Below the pieces are notes generated by a model that was not told where the DNA came from, made no database searches, and saw only the letters and a program-made list of their open reading frames with translations. DNA of 64,000 nt from positions 82,460,001-82,524,000 of the forward strand of contig CM097888.1 of the NCBI GenBank assembly GCA_044892525.1. The letters are read 5' to 3'. The stretch's first letter is position 1; each line of letters opens with the position of its first letter. The translations under genes and the position numbers were made by a program. Positions 14,401 to 27,056 of the stretch are shown in pieces. The DNA is from Schmidtea polychroa (lineage: Eukaryota).

Positions 14401-16227
14401 ATAAAAAATGAATATTCACACATGTCAATGTAGAGCTTATATTTTTTATCACTAATCTACCCCCTTCTCTCCTGTCAATAATGCTTTGAAATTTATTTTT
14501 CAGACTTTCTAGATAAACAACAGAATCGACATGGATCTTCAGAATGAATTTACAAATTATTTTCTTTGAACTTGAATAAATATTTTAGTTAAAGGTAAAA
14601 TTTTAGTTTATATATTAATTTTTTATGTTAAGAGAGATGAACAATAATTTTCAAATTCAATGTTTTATTAAATTGACAAGGTCTCCATCAATTGGGTATG
14701 AATTCAAAGCGGAAGGATACAAAAGATGAATAATTTTACCGGTTTTTTTATATAAATCTATATTTTTTTTATTTAATAAAAAACACTTATTTATGCTTAT
14801 TTGTTTTTTAATAGTTTGAATTAAAAAATATTTTTAATAAAGAATAACCTAAAATTTATGCTTAATTAAATTATTATTATATTAAATACATAAAAATATC
14901 AAACTAAATTAATAATTATTTATAAAAATTTATCTATATTTATTTATAAAGTTTTATGATTTTCTAAATTAGTAAACATTAATTTTTTCACATTTATTTT
15001 TACAATTTTTAAAGTCGAATTATTGAGAAGAATTTGTTAAAATATTACTTGACTATTATTAAGATTTAAAATCTCTTTCTAATTTCAAGTAACTTATTAT
15101 ATGTTAATTAAATTCTATTTTTTTCATTCACCTTTGATCTGATTTTATTTTCCGTTAAACATTTCATTTATTTTCATTACCACAGTAAGTTAAAAATTTG
15201 TGTTACAGAGGAAAATAAATTTTTAATCGATAATCATTATGAAAATAATTGAAATGTTTAAAGAAAATGAAATCAGATCGAAAGTGAACAAAAAACAAAG
15301 AATTTAATTAGCATTTAATTATAAATAATTTTTCAATTATTTAAAATTTGGAAAGAGCTTTTAAAATTAATAAAATACTAAAGTAATATTTTTGCTAATT
15401 CTAATTTCAAAAATTCGACTTTAAAATGGCAAAAAATAAATGTGAAAAAATAATGTTTACTAATTTAGAAAATCATAAAAACTACTTAAACATTTTTATA
15501 AACAAATATTATATTTAGCTTGATATTTTTTATGTATTCAATATAATAATAATTTTGTTGTAAAATTAGCATAAATATTAAATATTCCTTAATATTCTTT
15601 AGTAAACAAAATGATCTTAAGTAATAATAAAAGCTAATTAAATTTCCAATTTCAGTTGATTTTGGCTAAAAAGAACACGAAAGACCTGTTTAAAGTTGTT
15701 AATAAAGAACTTTATGCTTTTCGGGAAAGTATTAAAGACTAAATTAAAAATGATTGTCATATGAAAATATAATTATCTTATTTTTTCTAACAAAAATTCT
15801 AGAAAAATTCTAAAATATTTTTTAAAAATTCAAAAATTTAAATTATTCCTAATTTTTTAAAAAAATATTTTAATAAACATAATTAACCATATTTAACTTA
15901 CGATATCACATGCATAGTCAAACGCAATATTTTTTCTGGTTTTCTTCTTCTTCAAAGTTCAAGTTTGATTAGAAAAAATTACAGGCTTTTGGATGGGCAA
16001 TTATTGGAAAATAAAATTCCTAGGCATAAAATCATTTACGCATATTTTTATTGAAAATTTTGAAAACTTCTTTTGTTTCGGAGATATTACATTTTGATGA
16101 CATTTCAAAAAAACGTATATTTTTAAATCAATAAAGTCTAAAATTAATAATTTGAAATGAAACATACAAGTATTTTAACATACAGCAATTTAGATATCTA
16201 ATTTACATACATAAACTTTATAAATTT

Positions 16228-16385
16228 AATTAATTAAAAAGAGAGTTTGAAGACTATAAATCAGTAATATATCGATGTTTGTTGATTCTCACGAATTTTC
16301 CGCACTGCCTTTTTCAAGTGAATTTTCAACAAACATTGATATATTACTGATCCTGGTAGTCTTCAAACTCTCTTTTTAATTAATT
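16228..16385. repeat. Fold-back inverted repeat (~58-bp arms, ~40-nt loop)
   Basis: The left arm AATTAATTAAAAAGAGAGTTTGAAGACTA..ATCAGTAATATATCGATGTTTGTTGA matches the reverse complement of 16326-16385 with a few mismatches and one indel. Confidence 0.85.
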
Positions 16386-16633
16386 TAATGGAAAAAATAA
16401 TCAGTGGTGAAATTGGAAGAAGTAAAAGTTCTTATAATAATTTATAAATTTACAATATATTTAGTCAATTTAGTCACTTTCGAATAAAATTAGTAATAAA
16501 AAAATCAGCTCAAATATATCCCACACAACACAAATTGTATAAACAATGAGGAAATCTAATTTATACAAAATATTTATACAACAAACATACATTCTACCTA
16601 TAATATTCAAGTAATCAAAACAATAAATATATA

Positions 16634-17526
16634 CCGTATTAACCAGTGGCGGATTTAGATTTTGGTGCGTGGGGGGGCGAGGAAAATTTTAAGGGGGCGC
16701 CACAAATTATGAAGATGGTACTACTTATTTTCGCGAGTATTGAGTGAATATTAATATTATTATAAAGCATTATATTCAGGAAATTTATTCTAGTAAATTT
16801 ATTGATGTAACAAACATACCAGTTTATTTATTATTTAAATTGCTTCCTGCGTGATTTCATTGAAGCAAAACGAAAAAAAACAGGAAGAGTCAAGTATATT
16901 TTATAGAGAATTGCCAAATTGGGAAGTCCTGGCGCCATCTGTTTTTCAACCCAGAAAGGCAGCACCTCTTTAAGTTGTAGTTCACAAGATCTGCACTACT
17001 GAAGAATATGCCTGCTGCTGTGCTGCATCAACTATGTTTAACAACATAGCAGAGTAATAGGTACTATCAATAATAATAATAATCTATAAACGGTAACTCT
17101 GACCAGCTGTATGCTGCAGTGATAGTAGAATACATTTCAATCCATTTAGCTCTTTCAAATCAAAGATATATTAAATTGTCAGTGTCAGTGATCGGATTAA
17201 TCTTAATGCTTGTACACATTCATAAAAATTATCTTTGGGGGGCTCCAATTAGGATTCAACAGGGGCGTGGAGGGGCAACTCACCCCCCCCACGCCTATAG
17301 CTAAATCCGCCACTGGTATTAACCCGAATATAACGCGACCCCGAATTTCGAAAAAAATACTCATAAAAAATTGAAATTAAGGGAAATTCAATCAGATAAG
17401 CGTTTGATTAGGTAATTAAAAGTAATACATAGGTTATACTCATGACAATAAATTTAATTAATTTTAACCAAAATTTAATAAAAATAAAATGTTCAAAATT
17501 GTCGCGTTATATTCGAGCTAATACGG
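16634..17526. mobile_element. Second copy of the 934-1150 MITE (inverted), interrupted in its left TIR by a hAT insertion
   Basis: TA flanks. Removing 16644-17323 restores the TIR and a body that matches the reverse complement of 934-1150. Confidence 0.85.
16644..17315. mobile_element. Non-autonomous hAT element (672 bp)
   Basis: TIR CAGTGGCGGATTTA, perfect 8-bp TSD GTATTAAC (16636-16643 and 17316-17323). An internal KTDGA-like transposase relic lies on the minus strand. Confidence 0.9.
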
Positions 17527-17534
17527 TAATCAAA

Positions 17535-18507
17535 CCATGGTAAATCATACAAGCTTTCTTCATTCAAAATTAAATCAGCATTCCAAATATTAATAAAAAT
17601 TCCATTATACAACTATAATAATGATAAAAAATTTGGACAATAAGTAATTGGGTAAAAATTGTCACTTAACACTCTCATGATATTCACTCACAGGTCATAT
17701 AAACTCATTGGGGAAAAATACCATAGTTTGTTTGTTGACGTAAAATTTTATTTCTAAATTGACCAATATTATTTGAGTTCAAAGTTTGAGGTAAGTAAAA
17801 TAGAAAAAATATAGAAATCGTATAAATACTTTTTTCAGCCTTTCCATTATGTGCCTCCTGTGATAAAGCGGCTGCATGTTGAAAAATACTGTACGTCGTG
17901 TACCATCAGTAATGAAGGATGTCCAAATGTCATATAAACGAAAAAAGGAAATGTCCAATATGAACTTTTGAAATAATGAAATACACCCTTATAATATATT
18001 TATTAGGACAAATTTTAGGGAGAAAATATGACTGAAGATACTTTTGATTACGATTCTGAGGGTTTCACTTTGAGTTTTTCTGGAAATGAGGAAATATCAT
18101 TGTAAGATTTATTTTAAAGTTAAAATTTATTAAATATTTCTCTAGCATTTCAGAAATTTCTGTCAGAAACCTTACATTTTTTGAAAGTGAATAAATGAGA
18201 TTGTAAGATTTATTTATCAGTTATAATAAATTTATTATTTCCATAGTGTTTCAAATATTGTTGGACCATCTGCGATTCCGAATACCGGAACAAGAAAAAT
18301 AAATTGTAAATTTTATTTTTAAGTTTGAAAAAGTTAATATCATTAAAGAATTTCGGAAACTGGCAAAGTCCGACTAATAAATGTCATGGAAAATGTCGAA
18401 GGTTATTTGCATCTGGGAAAATTATTCAGAAGCCAATATAAAGAGGTGATGGATTCAGTTCCATGTCTTTCCCATGCAGATTTGATGTCTTTAAAGAAGC
18501 ACTAGAT
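17535..18507 (+). pseudogene. Putative decayed multi-exon gene of unknown product, with a Cys-rich RING-like segment
   Basis: A series of 43-48-nt GT-AG intron-like spacers (e.g. 17791-17838, and GTAAGATTT donors near 18101 and 18202) separates coding-like blocks (CASC..C..CTSC..GCP.C; MTEDTFDYDSEGFTL; ISETGKVRLINVMENVEGYLHLGKLF). Stops and frameshifts are present. Confidence 0.35.
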
Positions 18508-18856
18508 CAGTGGTTCTCAATTAATATAAAAGCGTGGAACACCATTCACATGATTTTTTAAAACGCGGAACACTGACAAATAAATACTTGCCCACAATGA
18601 GTGACCAATCACAAATTACTATAAATCTGTCGTAAACGTAAACAATGCCTTTTTATAAGCAAAGAAAATACAACGCGCAACAATAACAAGCAATAAAAAC
18701 ACTTTTATATTTGTATGTTTATATATCTGTGTAACGGCAATCTTATTGATTCATCTTATGAAATAATTAATTGAGGTTTTTGATGATATGTATCTTAAAT
18801 GCAAATTTAAAGATAAAATGTCACTTTTTTCGCGGAACATGGGTTGAGAACCACTG
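18508..18856 (+). mobile_element. hAT (Buster-type) MITE family A, copy 1
   Basis: TIR CAGTGGTTCTCAA, TSD CACTAGAT/CTCTAGAT (7/8, central TA). Homologs at 23132, 24297 and 46038. Confidence 0.9.
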
Positions 18857-20547
18857 CTCTAGATAGTGAGCTTAGATAATTATAAGAATTAAAAAATGTT
18901 TAAAAATATACACAATATATTGCGATTAATTTGTTTTTATAAATAATAATTTCAACTTATTATAAATTGAAATATTTAAATAATTGAAAAAAAAATTTTA
19001 TTAATAAAATGACTAAAATCCGCATGATTTGTGTAAAAACATTATTAATCAAGTTGAGTTACGTTCCAACTTGCATTATAGAGTGCATCTCATTGGAGTT
19101 TGGTGTAGATGAAAGCGCACTGGCTCACTTGAGTTATTTCTTATTGGTCTTATTTGGCGTGAAGATGACTCTTTGTTCTCTGGTCTTTGTACTACAGTAT
19201 GTCAAACATATTATGTCAAAGCCAAAAATTCTTTAAATAATCTGCTTTTTATCTGCCAGGAGAAAAATTAAAAACATAAAATTTTGAAATTAAATTATTT
19301 TTAATTTGCACTAGATGTGTACTAGAAAAAAAAGATGTGTAAAGTATCACTGCAAACCAAGCCGAAAAGAATGAATCCATGAGATAAATTTTAAATAAAA
19401 GCAGCTGAGTACTAAAAACTACTAATGAATGACACCATCTGGAATCATTTTATGATTAACAATAATATAATAATAATATTATAGTAACTAATAATAATCA
19501 TAAATATGTCGAAAATTTGCTCAATAATGTATTTTGTGCCTGGAAAATTTTTGTCCTTTATCTACCAACTATGGTTTAATGAACTAATTAAATAATCTTT
19601 TAAATTAAATAAATCAAATAAATCCAAAATTAAAGAAATCTTTTCTCACCGTACACATTCATAAATGATATAAAAATTATTCACAAATTGATAAATTGTT
19701 ATAGATAACCCCTTTTGGAATTATNNNNNNNNNNNNNNNNNNNNNNNNNNNNNNNNNNNNNNNNNNNNNNNNNNNNNNNNNNNNNNNNNNNNNNNNNNNN
19801 NNNNNNNNNNNNNNNNNNNNNNNNNNNNNNNNNNNNNNNNNNNNNNNNNNNNNNNNNNNNNNNNNNNNNNNNNNNNNNNNNNNNNNNNNNNNNNNNNNNN
19901 NNNNNNNNNNNNNNNNNNNNNNNNNNNNNNNNNNNNNNNNNNNNNNNNNNNNNNNNNNNNNNNNNNNNNNNNNNNNNNNNNNNNNNNNNNNNNNNNNNNN
20001 NNNNNNNNNNNNNNNNNNNNNNNNNNNNNNNNNNNNNNNNNNNNNNNNNNNNNNNNNNNNNNNNNNNNNNNNNNNNNNNNNNNNNNNNNNNNNNNNNNNN
20101 NNNNNNNNNNNNNNNNNNNNNNNNNNNNNNNNNNNNNNNNNNNNNNNNNTTTATTTAATACTTTTATATTAATTCTATACAATTTAGTACATATCTATAA
20201 AATTTCTATTTTTCATTTTTAAGATTTTTTTATATAAAAAATAGTTAAGAAACACTGAAAAATTTGCCATTTCTCCTAGATCCGAAAAACAATAGAATAA
20301 CAATAATAATTGTGAAATATTTGTCAAAAACAATAATCAGTAACACTGAAAGCAATAACCTTGCTGATATAGAGAGATAATTTGTAAGTATTTTTGTGGA
20401 CCTCTCCAGGTCATGAGTAATTTACTATCATTAATAATTAAATGCAATTTTTGCACATAACTGATCAAGATTTTAGAACAGAAATCAAACTGAGATGAAA
20501 TATGTAATAATAATAAAAATATAAATAATATTAATAATAATAATAAT

Positions 20548-20712
20548 AAAACAATAAAATGATAATTTAAGCCTTTTGCTGCAAATAATGTATTTAATGA
20601 AAGAATTTTCGACTATAAGATAGTCCTTGTCAAGGACTATCTTATAGTCGAAAATTCTTTCATTAAATACTTTATTTGCAGCAAAAGGCTTAAATTATCA
20701 TTTTATTGTTTT
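20548..20712. repeat. Near-perfect palindrome (82-bp arms, 1-nt spacer, 1 mismatch) made from a Penelope-like terminal repeat
   Basis: 20548-20629 is the reverse complement of 20631-20712. The arm sequence recurs at 21829-21890 and 39936-40006. Confidence 0.9.
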
Positions 20713-20890
20713 AAATAATAAATGCTGCTANNNNNNNNNNNNNNNNNNNNNNNNNNNNNNNNNNNNNNNNNNNNNNNNNNNNNNNNNNNNNNNNNNNNNN
20801 NNNNNNNNNNNNNNNNNNNNNNNNNNNNNNNNNNNNNNNNNNNNNNNNNNNNNNNNNNNNNNNNNNNNNNNNNNNNNNNNNNNNNNNNNN

Positions 20891-21457
20891 AGACCTCTAT
20901 TTCTTCGGAACCAAATTTACACAGTAGTTTACTGGGACAAATAACCCTCCATAATAGGACCACCCCTCTCGTTAAGACCACTTTTCGTAAAAAATATTTT
21001 TAGTTTAAATATTTTTTGTTTAAATATTTTTTGTTTAAATATTTTTTTAAAATTAAAATGGGAGTAAAAAAAACGAGAAAGGAGCTTACATTGAGCGAGA
21101 AGATGAATGTTATTAAATCTTCTGAGCGAGGAGAAGGACAGAGACTTATTGCAAGACGATTTTCTTGTAGTAAAACGCAAGTCCACAATATCATTGTTAA
21201 CAAAGAAGAAATAAAGGAGCTTTGGAACAATAATGAAAATAAAAAACTAAAACGACTAACAAATCAGCAGTTTAAACTTATCAATGAGTGAAGCCAAATC
21301 GAAGAGACAAACAACATTAGATGAGTTTTTATAATAAAATCTTCAATTTAAGTCTAGTTTTCTTTATAAAAATAAAATCCTCTCTAATAGGACCACCTCT
21401 AGTAAAGACCACTTTTGGTCCGGAACCAAGGGTGGTCCTATTAGAGAGGTTTCACTG
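20891..21457 (+). mobile_element. Tigger-like (TIGD/CENP-B HTH) internally deleted DNA transposon; left end falls in a gap
   Basis: ORF RKELTLSEKMNVIKSSERGEGQRLIARRFSCSKTQVHNIIVNKEEI (HTH_psq-like). Right TIR GGTGGTCCTATTAGAGAGGTTTCACTG followed by TA, with subterminal AATAGGACCACC repeats. Confidence 0.85.
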
Positions 21458-21740
21458 TAATAATAATAATAATAATAATCAGTGGCGTACCTAGAACTTT
21501 TGCCGCTCTTTCTAATTCAATGAAATAGTGGTTTGTATAAATTAATAAACATAAACAAACAATAGGTTGGGAACCTTTTAATCATTGGATGCCACATTTG
21601 AATTAGGGAATAATAATGGAGACCGCATAAGTTGAAATACCTACATATGCAACTTTTATAGAAAACAAAATCATTTTTAAAGGCCACAAGAAACTTACGG
21701 AGGCCACATATGAGACATTCATATACCTAATTATTCTAAT

Positions 21741-21745
<5 letters not shown>

Positions 21746-21828
<83 letters not shown>
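21746..21828. repeat. (AAT)n microsatellite
   Basis: About 27 tandem AAT units. Confidence 0.98.
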
Positions 21829-21829
21829 G

Positions 21830-21868
21830 GAGATTGGCAAGGACTATCGTATAGTCGAAAATTCTTTC
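21830..21868 (+). ncRNA. Putative minimal type-I hammerhead ribozyme motif (degenerate copy, A6 to G)
   Basis: GAGA-TTGGCAA-G-GACTAT-CGT-ATAGTC-GAA-AATT-C-TTTC reads as stem I, core, stem II hairpin, GAAA, palindromic stem III, UUC and stem I'. Confidence 0.45.
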
Positions 21869-23131
21869 ATTAAATACATTAAATACCTTANNNNNNNNNN
21901 NNNNNNNNNNNNNNNNNNNNNNNNNNNNNNNNNNNNNNNNNNNNNNNNNNNNNNNNNNNNNNNNNNNNNNNNNNNNNNNNNNNNNNNNNNNNNNNNNNNN
22001 NNNNNNNNNNNNNNNNNNNNNNNNNNNNNNNNNNNNNNNNNNNNNNNNNNNNNNNNNNNNNNATTTAAAATCTATTTAAAATGAAGAATAATTTATTTAT
22101 TAAATTAAGTCTTACTCGATTCTGCTCAAAATCTGGGTGGACGGCTTACGATATTAGACAAGTGCTGTAAATTAGGATTGGTTAAACAATTTGTTTCAAA
22201 CCAATCGCTAATTAACAGCATACGACAATATATCGAATGGCTGAATTTTCATATAAATTCTTTTGCGGCATTTTTACATTTCTAACAGTTCCAATTCGAT
22301 AATGAATTTGAAGTAAATTCTGCTGTATATATACTGTATATATACTGTATTATAAACCATTTATAAATTCATCACATGGAATTACATAACTTTGTTGCTA
22401 TTTTCAATAAAAAACTCATTTTCACTGTTTTTGTTTGTTGTCAGTGTGCAAACTGAAAGGAAGTGTTTGCCGCCGAATTGGTCGATGTGAAATGTGATTA
22501 AATCATCACGAATGCACAGTGAATTTGAACTAATTATAATATTTCGAATACATTTTATTGTCTTAAAATCATTTAATTTTCATTGTGAGCTCAATGAGAA
22601 AATTCTTTTGTGTGTGTCATTGGAAACATACCAATGACATTTTTTTATTTATACAATAACTAATAATTATTATTCTAATAATAATAATAATTATAATTAT
22701 AATTAAAAATTGTTGTTCACATATTCAGGTCATATACAAATTGAGTAAAAGAGAAATATTTTGAGATGAAATATGGAAACCTGGCCAGGAAAGGAATGAG
22801 TGTAAAAAGTGCATAATGAAAAAATCAATAATTAATTAATAATCATTATTTTTAAAATGGGTCAGGGATAGAGTCAATGATAACTAACGATATGGCATAT
22901 ACAATTTTAATCAAAAATGCACGGAAAATTACAAAAATAGCACAAAAGTACTAATTAATTAATTAAATAAATAAAGAAAACCATATTTGATTAACCGACA
23001 AGAAAAGTCTACAAAATGAATTTTGGTAAGCTATTATTTAGACAATATGCTCAAAAACAGAAAAGATTGAGCAACGGAAATACCCTGACCAAATCGTTAA
23101 ATATTTTGATAATAGAAGTTGAACTCTAGGA

Positions 23132-23480
23132 CAGTGGTTCTCAATTAATATAAAAGCGCGGAACGCCATTCACATGATTTTTTAATACGCGGAACACTGA
23201 CAAATAAATCCTTGCCCACAATGAGTGACCAATCACAAATTACTATAAATCTATCGTAAACATAAACAATGCCTACTTATAAGCAAAGAAAATACCACGC
23301 ACAACCATAAGAACCAATAAAAACACTTTTATATTTGTATGTTTATATATCTGTGTAACGGCTTTCTTATTGAATCATCTTATAAAACTATTAATTGAGG
23401 TTTTTGATGATTTGTATCTTAAATGCAAATTTAAAGATAAAATGTCATTTTTTTCGCGGAACACGGGTTGAGAATTACTG
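23132..23480 (+). mobile_element. hAT MITE family A, copy 2
   Basis: Full-length match to 18508-18856. The right TIR is slightly mutated and the TSD is not preserved. Confidence 0.88.
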
Positions 23481-24296
23481 GAAAAATAAAATAGTGGAAA
23501 GATGAAAGAGTTGGCTATTTAAACATTTTGTAATAGTAACAATTTATTTTTTTGCTTGGACACAAGTTCACATGAATGACATGGTTAAGGTGTTTAATCT
23601 GTTCGAAGAATCCGTGAATGAGAACGACAAGATAAATAAGCTGCTACCATCTTTTGACCATAGATAACAAATTTTATTATAAACAAGTAATTTGACACCA
23701 AATTGAATTAAATTATAAGAGCCATCACAATTGAAGTTGAAACTCAAAGAATGTCTTAGACATTTTAATTTTTCATATTGTAAATTTATCTTAGCTTAAT
23801 TAATTTTACGTTTTGAATCCATACATTTTTGATGAATGCACGTAATAATTGAACCGTTTATTTTGAATGGAGCAAGTCCATTTTTGGGTATACCGAAATA
23901 TTTAAAGATTTGATTTTTAATAAATTTAAAAATATTGATAAACTTTGGCAGCCAAATTTTGCGCGTTTTCTAGTATAAATAATTCAAATTTTTATTATTA
24001 TAATGTTTATTAAAATACTTGGGGGGAAATATTTGTACTTTCAAAATAAATAATTCATTTATTGATATTTTTACTGTTCTAACTGACTTTTATTTTAAAT
24101 AGTTTTGTAAAATGAATATTTTTATATTGTGAATGTCGAAATAAATTTCCGTTTATATACTTATATTTTCGATTATAAAAAAATCCTCTTCAATCTGTTT
24201 TTATTTTTCATTCTTCTTTCTCAAAAAATATTCGATTTTACCTTCTAATCGACGAGAATTATGAGAATTCGCTTTAATGAAAGTATCCCATTTTAC

Positions 24297-24641
24297 CAGT
24301 GGTTCTCAACCCGTGTTCCGCGAAAAAATTGACATTTTATCTTTAGATTTGCATTTTAGATACAAATCATCACAAACCTCAATTAATTTTTTTATAAGAT
24401 GAATCAATAAGAAAGCTATTATACAGATATATAAACATACAAATATTAGTGTTTTTATTGCTTGTTATTGTTTGGCGTGGTATTTTCTTTGCTTATAAGA
24501 AGGCATTGTTTACGTTTACAACAGATTTATAGTAATTTGTGAGTGGTCACTCATTGTGGCCACGTACATTTTTGTCAGTGTTCCGCGTAAAAAAATCATG
24601 TGAATGGTGTTCCGCGCTTTTATATTAATTGAGAACCACTG
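24297..24641 (-). mobile_element. hAT MITE family A, copy 3 (inverted)
   Basis: Reverse-complement match to 18508-18856 with both CAGTGGTTCTCAA TIRs. Confidence 0.88.
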
Positions 24642-26265
24642 CACTTGTATATCAATTTTCTTGTTAGATAAGGCATATAGGTTTGTAGGATGTTTCTTCG
24701 TGAGTTTTGTTCTCGGTGAGTTTTTCAGTACATGCTTCTGATTACATTAGATAAGATAAATTCCTTGATGCTTTTATTTTCGTTGGAGATTTGAGGTGGA
24801 TGTATGTTTTTAATCGTGTTTAATACACATCTGCTAACTTATTACGACCTAGGAAATTTTTATTGCAGTATAATTTTATAATTCTTTCAATTATTCCAGC
24901 TAAATATTCTAATTTCATAGTTTGTACCTTTTGAAAATATAAAATAATGGTTTTATTGTTGCAGCAGAAATTAAATTTTAACACTCCCAAGAACTCCCAA
25001 AAAAATTACTCATTTTGACTGGTGTTGGTATAAGTTGCCAAAGTATAATAAACATTTTCTATAATTAAGCAAACACAAAATAAAATTCATTATAAAAAAC
25101 ATAATTGTATCACTAGAAAAGTTATAACTTAATTCAAAACAAAAAATAAAAATTTGACTGGTTTTGTAGTTTTAGTGTTAAACAAATAAATATATATTTA
25201 TTTATATTTTTTATCTAATATCGAAAATATTTACGTAATAAATATTCTTTAGTCTTAAAGTCTTATTTTATAATTTATTTCTTTAACCAAGGCAATTTCT
25301 AATATAAATAATTAAAGGAATCAATTTCCTTTTTAGACATTTTAGACATTTATGCCAAAATTTTGTATTTCATAATTCTGATAATTCAAACCCAATAATG
25401 TGGGATATTTTTAATTATACAAGAGAAATAACTTCTTGAAATAATAAAATAATAAAAAAATTATTTGCAATGCTGAAACACACTGCATTTGTAGACTTCC
25501 AGGCATGCCTAACTTTACATATGGCCACGGTTCCGATCAATATAAAACTGGTACAAATTTCTCTACAAATTCTATTAGTTCATGCCGGATCATGTGTGCA
25601 TTTCATTTCTGGGCGAAGCTGACTGCTGCCATTTAATCTCAACCAAACGAATATAATAACTATTTAATTTATATAAAAATGACAAAACAAATTTTACAAA
25701 ATCAAAACAGTTTAGATGTAGAAGATTATATGGACCGGTTGGAATCGGAAGCGGAGAAATCAAATGAGTCAATTGCAAATAGTATAGATGTAAAATTAAG
25801 AAACAAGATTGAAACTAATATTGATACTCGAATGAAGAAAGCACCGACTATGATAATTGAATTGGTACACGTTGGTCGACCATTAAAGGTATTTTCTTTT
25901 ATTTATTAAATATTTATAATTATCTCACTATTTATTTAAAAATTTGTAATTTAAATTTGGACTTTGTAATGATAATATGTAATATTTTAATAGGAATTAT
26001 GCTGTATGTCTATTTCTACTGAAGTCATTTATTTATTTGTTTTTAATGTTTTGTTTAAATTCGTTTAATTTTAGGTTTTGTTACTTCGTTTTCAAATGCA
26101 TTAAAACTAATAATTTCTGTAATTCTTCACTAAGTTTCTGTTTCAATTATTTCTTTTGTTGTTAAAAAATACGGTTGGAAACAAATTATAATCTGACTTC
26201 ACGTGTCATTTATATTGACCTTTCCAATCCTGTAAGGGACATATTGCTCAAAAGAAGCTCTAATA

Positions 26266-26410
26266 CAGGGGTCTCAAACACGCGGCCCGCAACGAAAAAA
26301 CATAGATTTGTAATTTAACCAAACTTATTTAACAATTAAAATCATAATTGGCTGTATAAATTAAAACTTATCTTTTTAATTATTTTTATTTATACATATG
26401 ACGTTATACA

Positions 26411-26487
<77 letters not shown>

Positions 26488-26659
26488 TTAATAATAAAAA
26501 AATGTTTTTTTAGTTTTGTTGAGTTTTTAATTAAATAAATATTAACGTCGGAGTTTCAGACTCCACATGTTCTGAAAAACAATTATTTATGTTGCGGCCC
26601 GCCGGCTCATAATATTAGTCTAATGCGGCCCGCAGGCCAGTTTGAGTTTGAAACCCCTG
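26266..26659. mobile_element. hAT/Charlie (MER5-like) MITE containing an (ATT)n tract
   Basis: TIR CAGGGGT(C/T)TCAAAC with GCGGCCCGC subterminal motifs, perfect 8-bp TSD CTCTAATA, and (ATT)n at ~26411-26486. Confidence 0.92.
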
Positions 26660-26672
26660 CTCTAATATATAG

Positions 26673-26830
26673 TAAACCCCCGCAATTACGACCTAATTGG
26701 TTGCTGAAAAGAAGTCGTAATGTGAGCAGTCGTAAAGAGAGGTTTTATTTCCCATTGACCCAATATTATAAATGGCTAATTCGTCGTAGGTCTTGAATTT
26801 TGTCTATTTATTCTTTAACAAAATAATTTC
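26673..26830 (+). mobile_element. Tigger-like terminal fragment
   Basis: AGTAAACCCCCGCAATTACGACC...GTCGTAA...GAGG resembles Tigger/pogo termini with internal inverted ACGAC/GTCGT motifs. The other end was not found. Confidence 0.45.
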
Positions 26831-27056
26831 ATGCAACTAAATGCGAGTATAAGTAACACAAAATCACTAATAACACTTTAAAATTAAATAATCAATATTT
26901 TCTCTGAATTTCTCAAATATAATATTAGATCCAAAAATTTTTGGGATTCTTTAAAAAGGTATTGTTTGGTCACTGGTCTCATATGAGCTATCACTAATTC
27001 ATTCCCAAAACGCCATGCCTTATTCTGACGCTCATATGCGGTTTTTTTCGATCACT

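Noticed and set aside
22090-22340. Degenerate coding-like stretch considered as a second PolB fragment
   Set aside because: The similarity is too weak to assign without a search.
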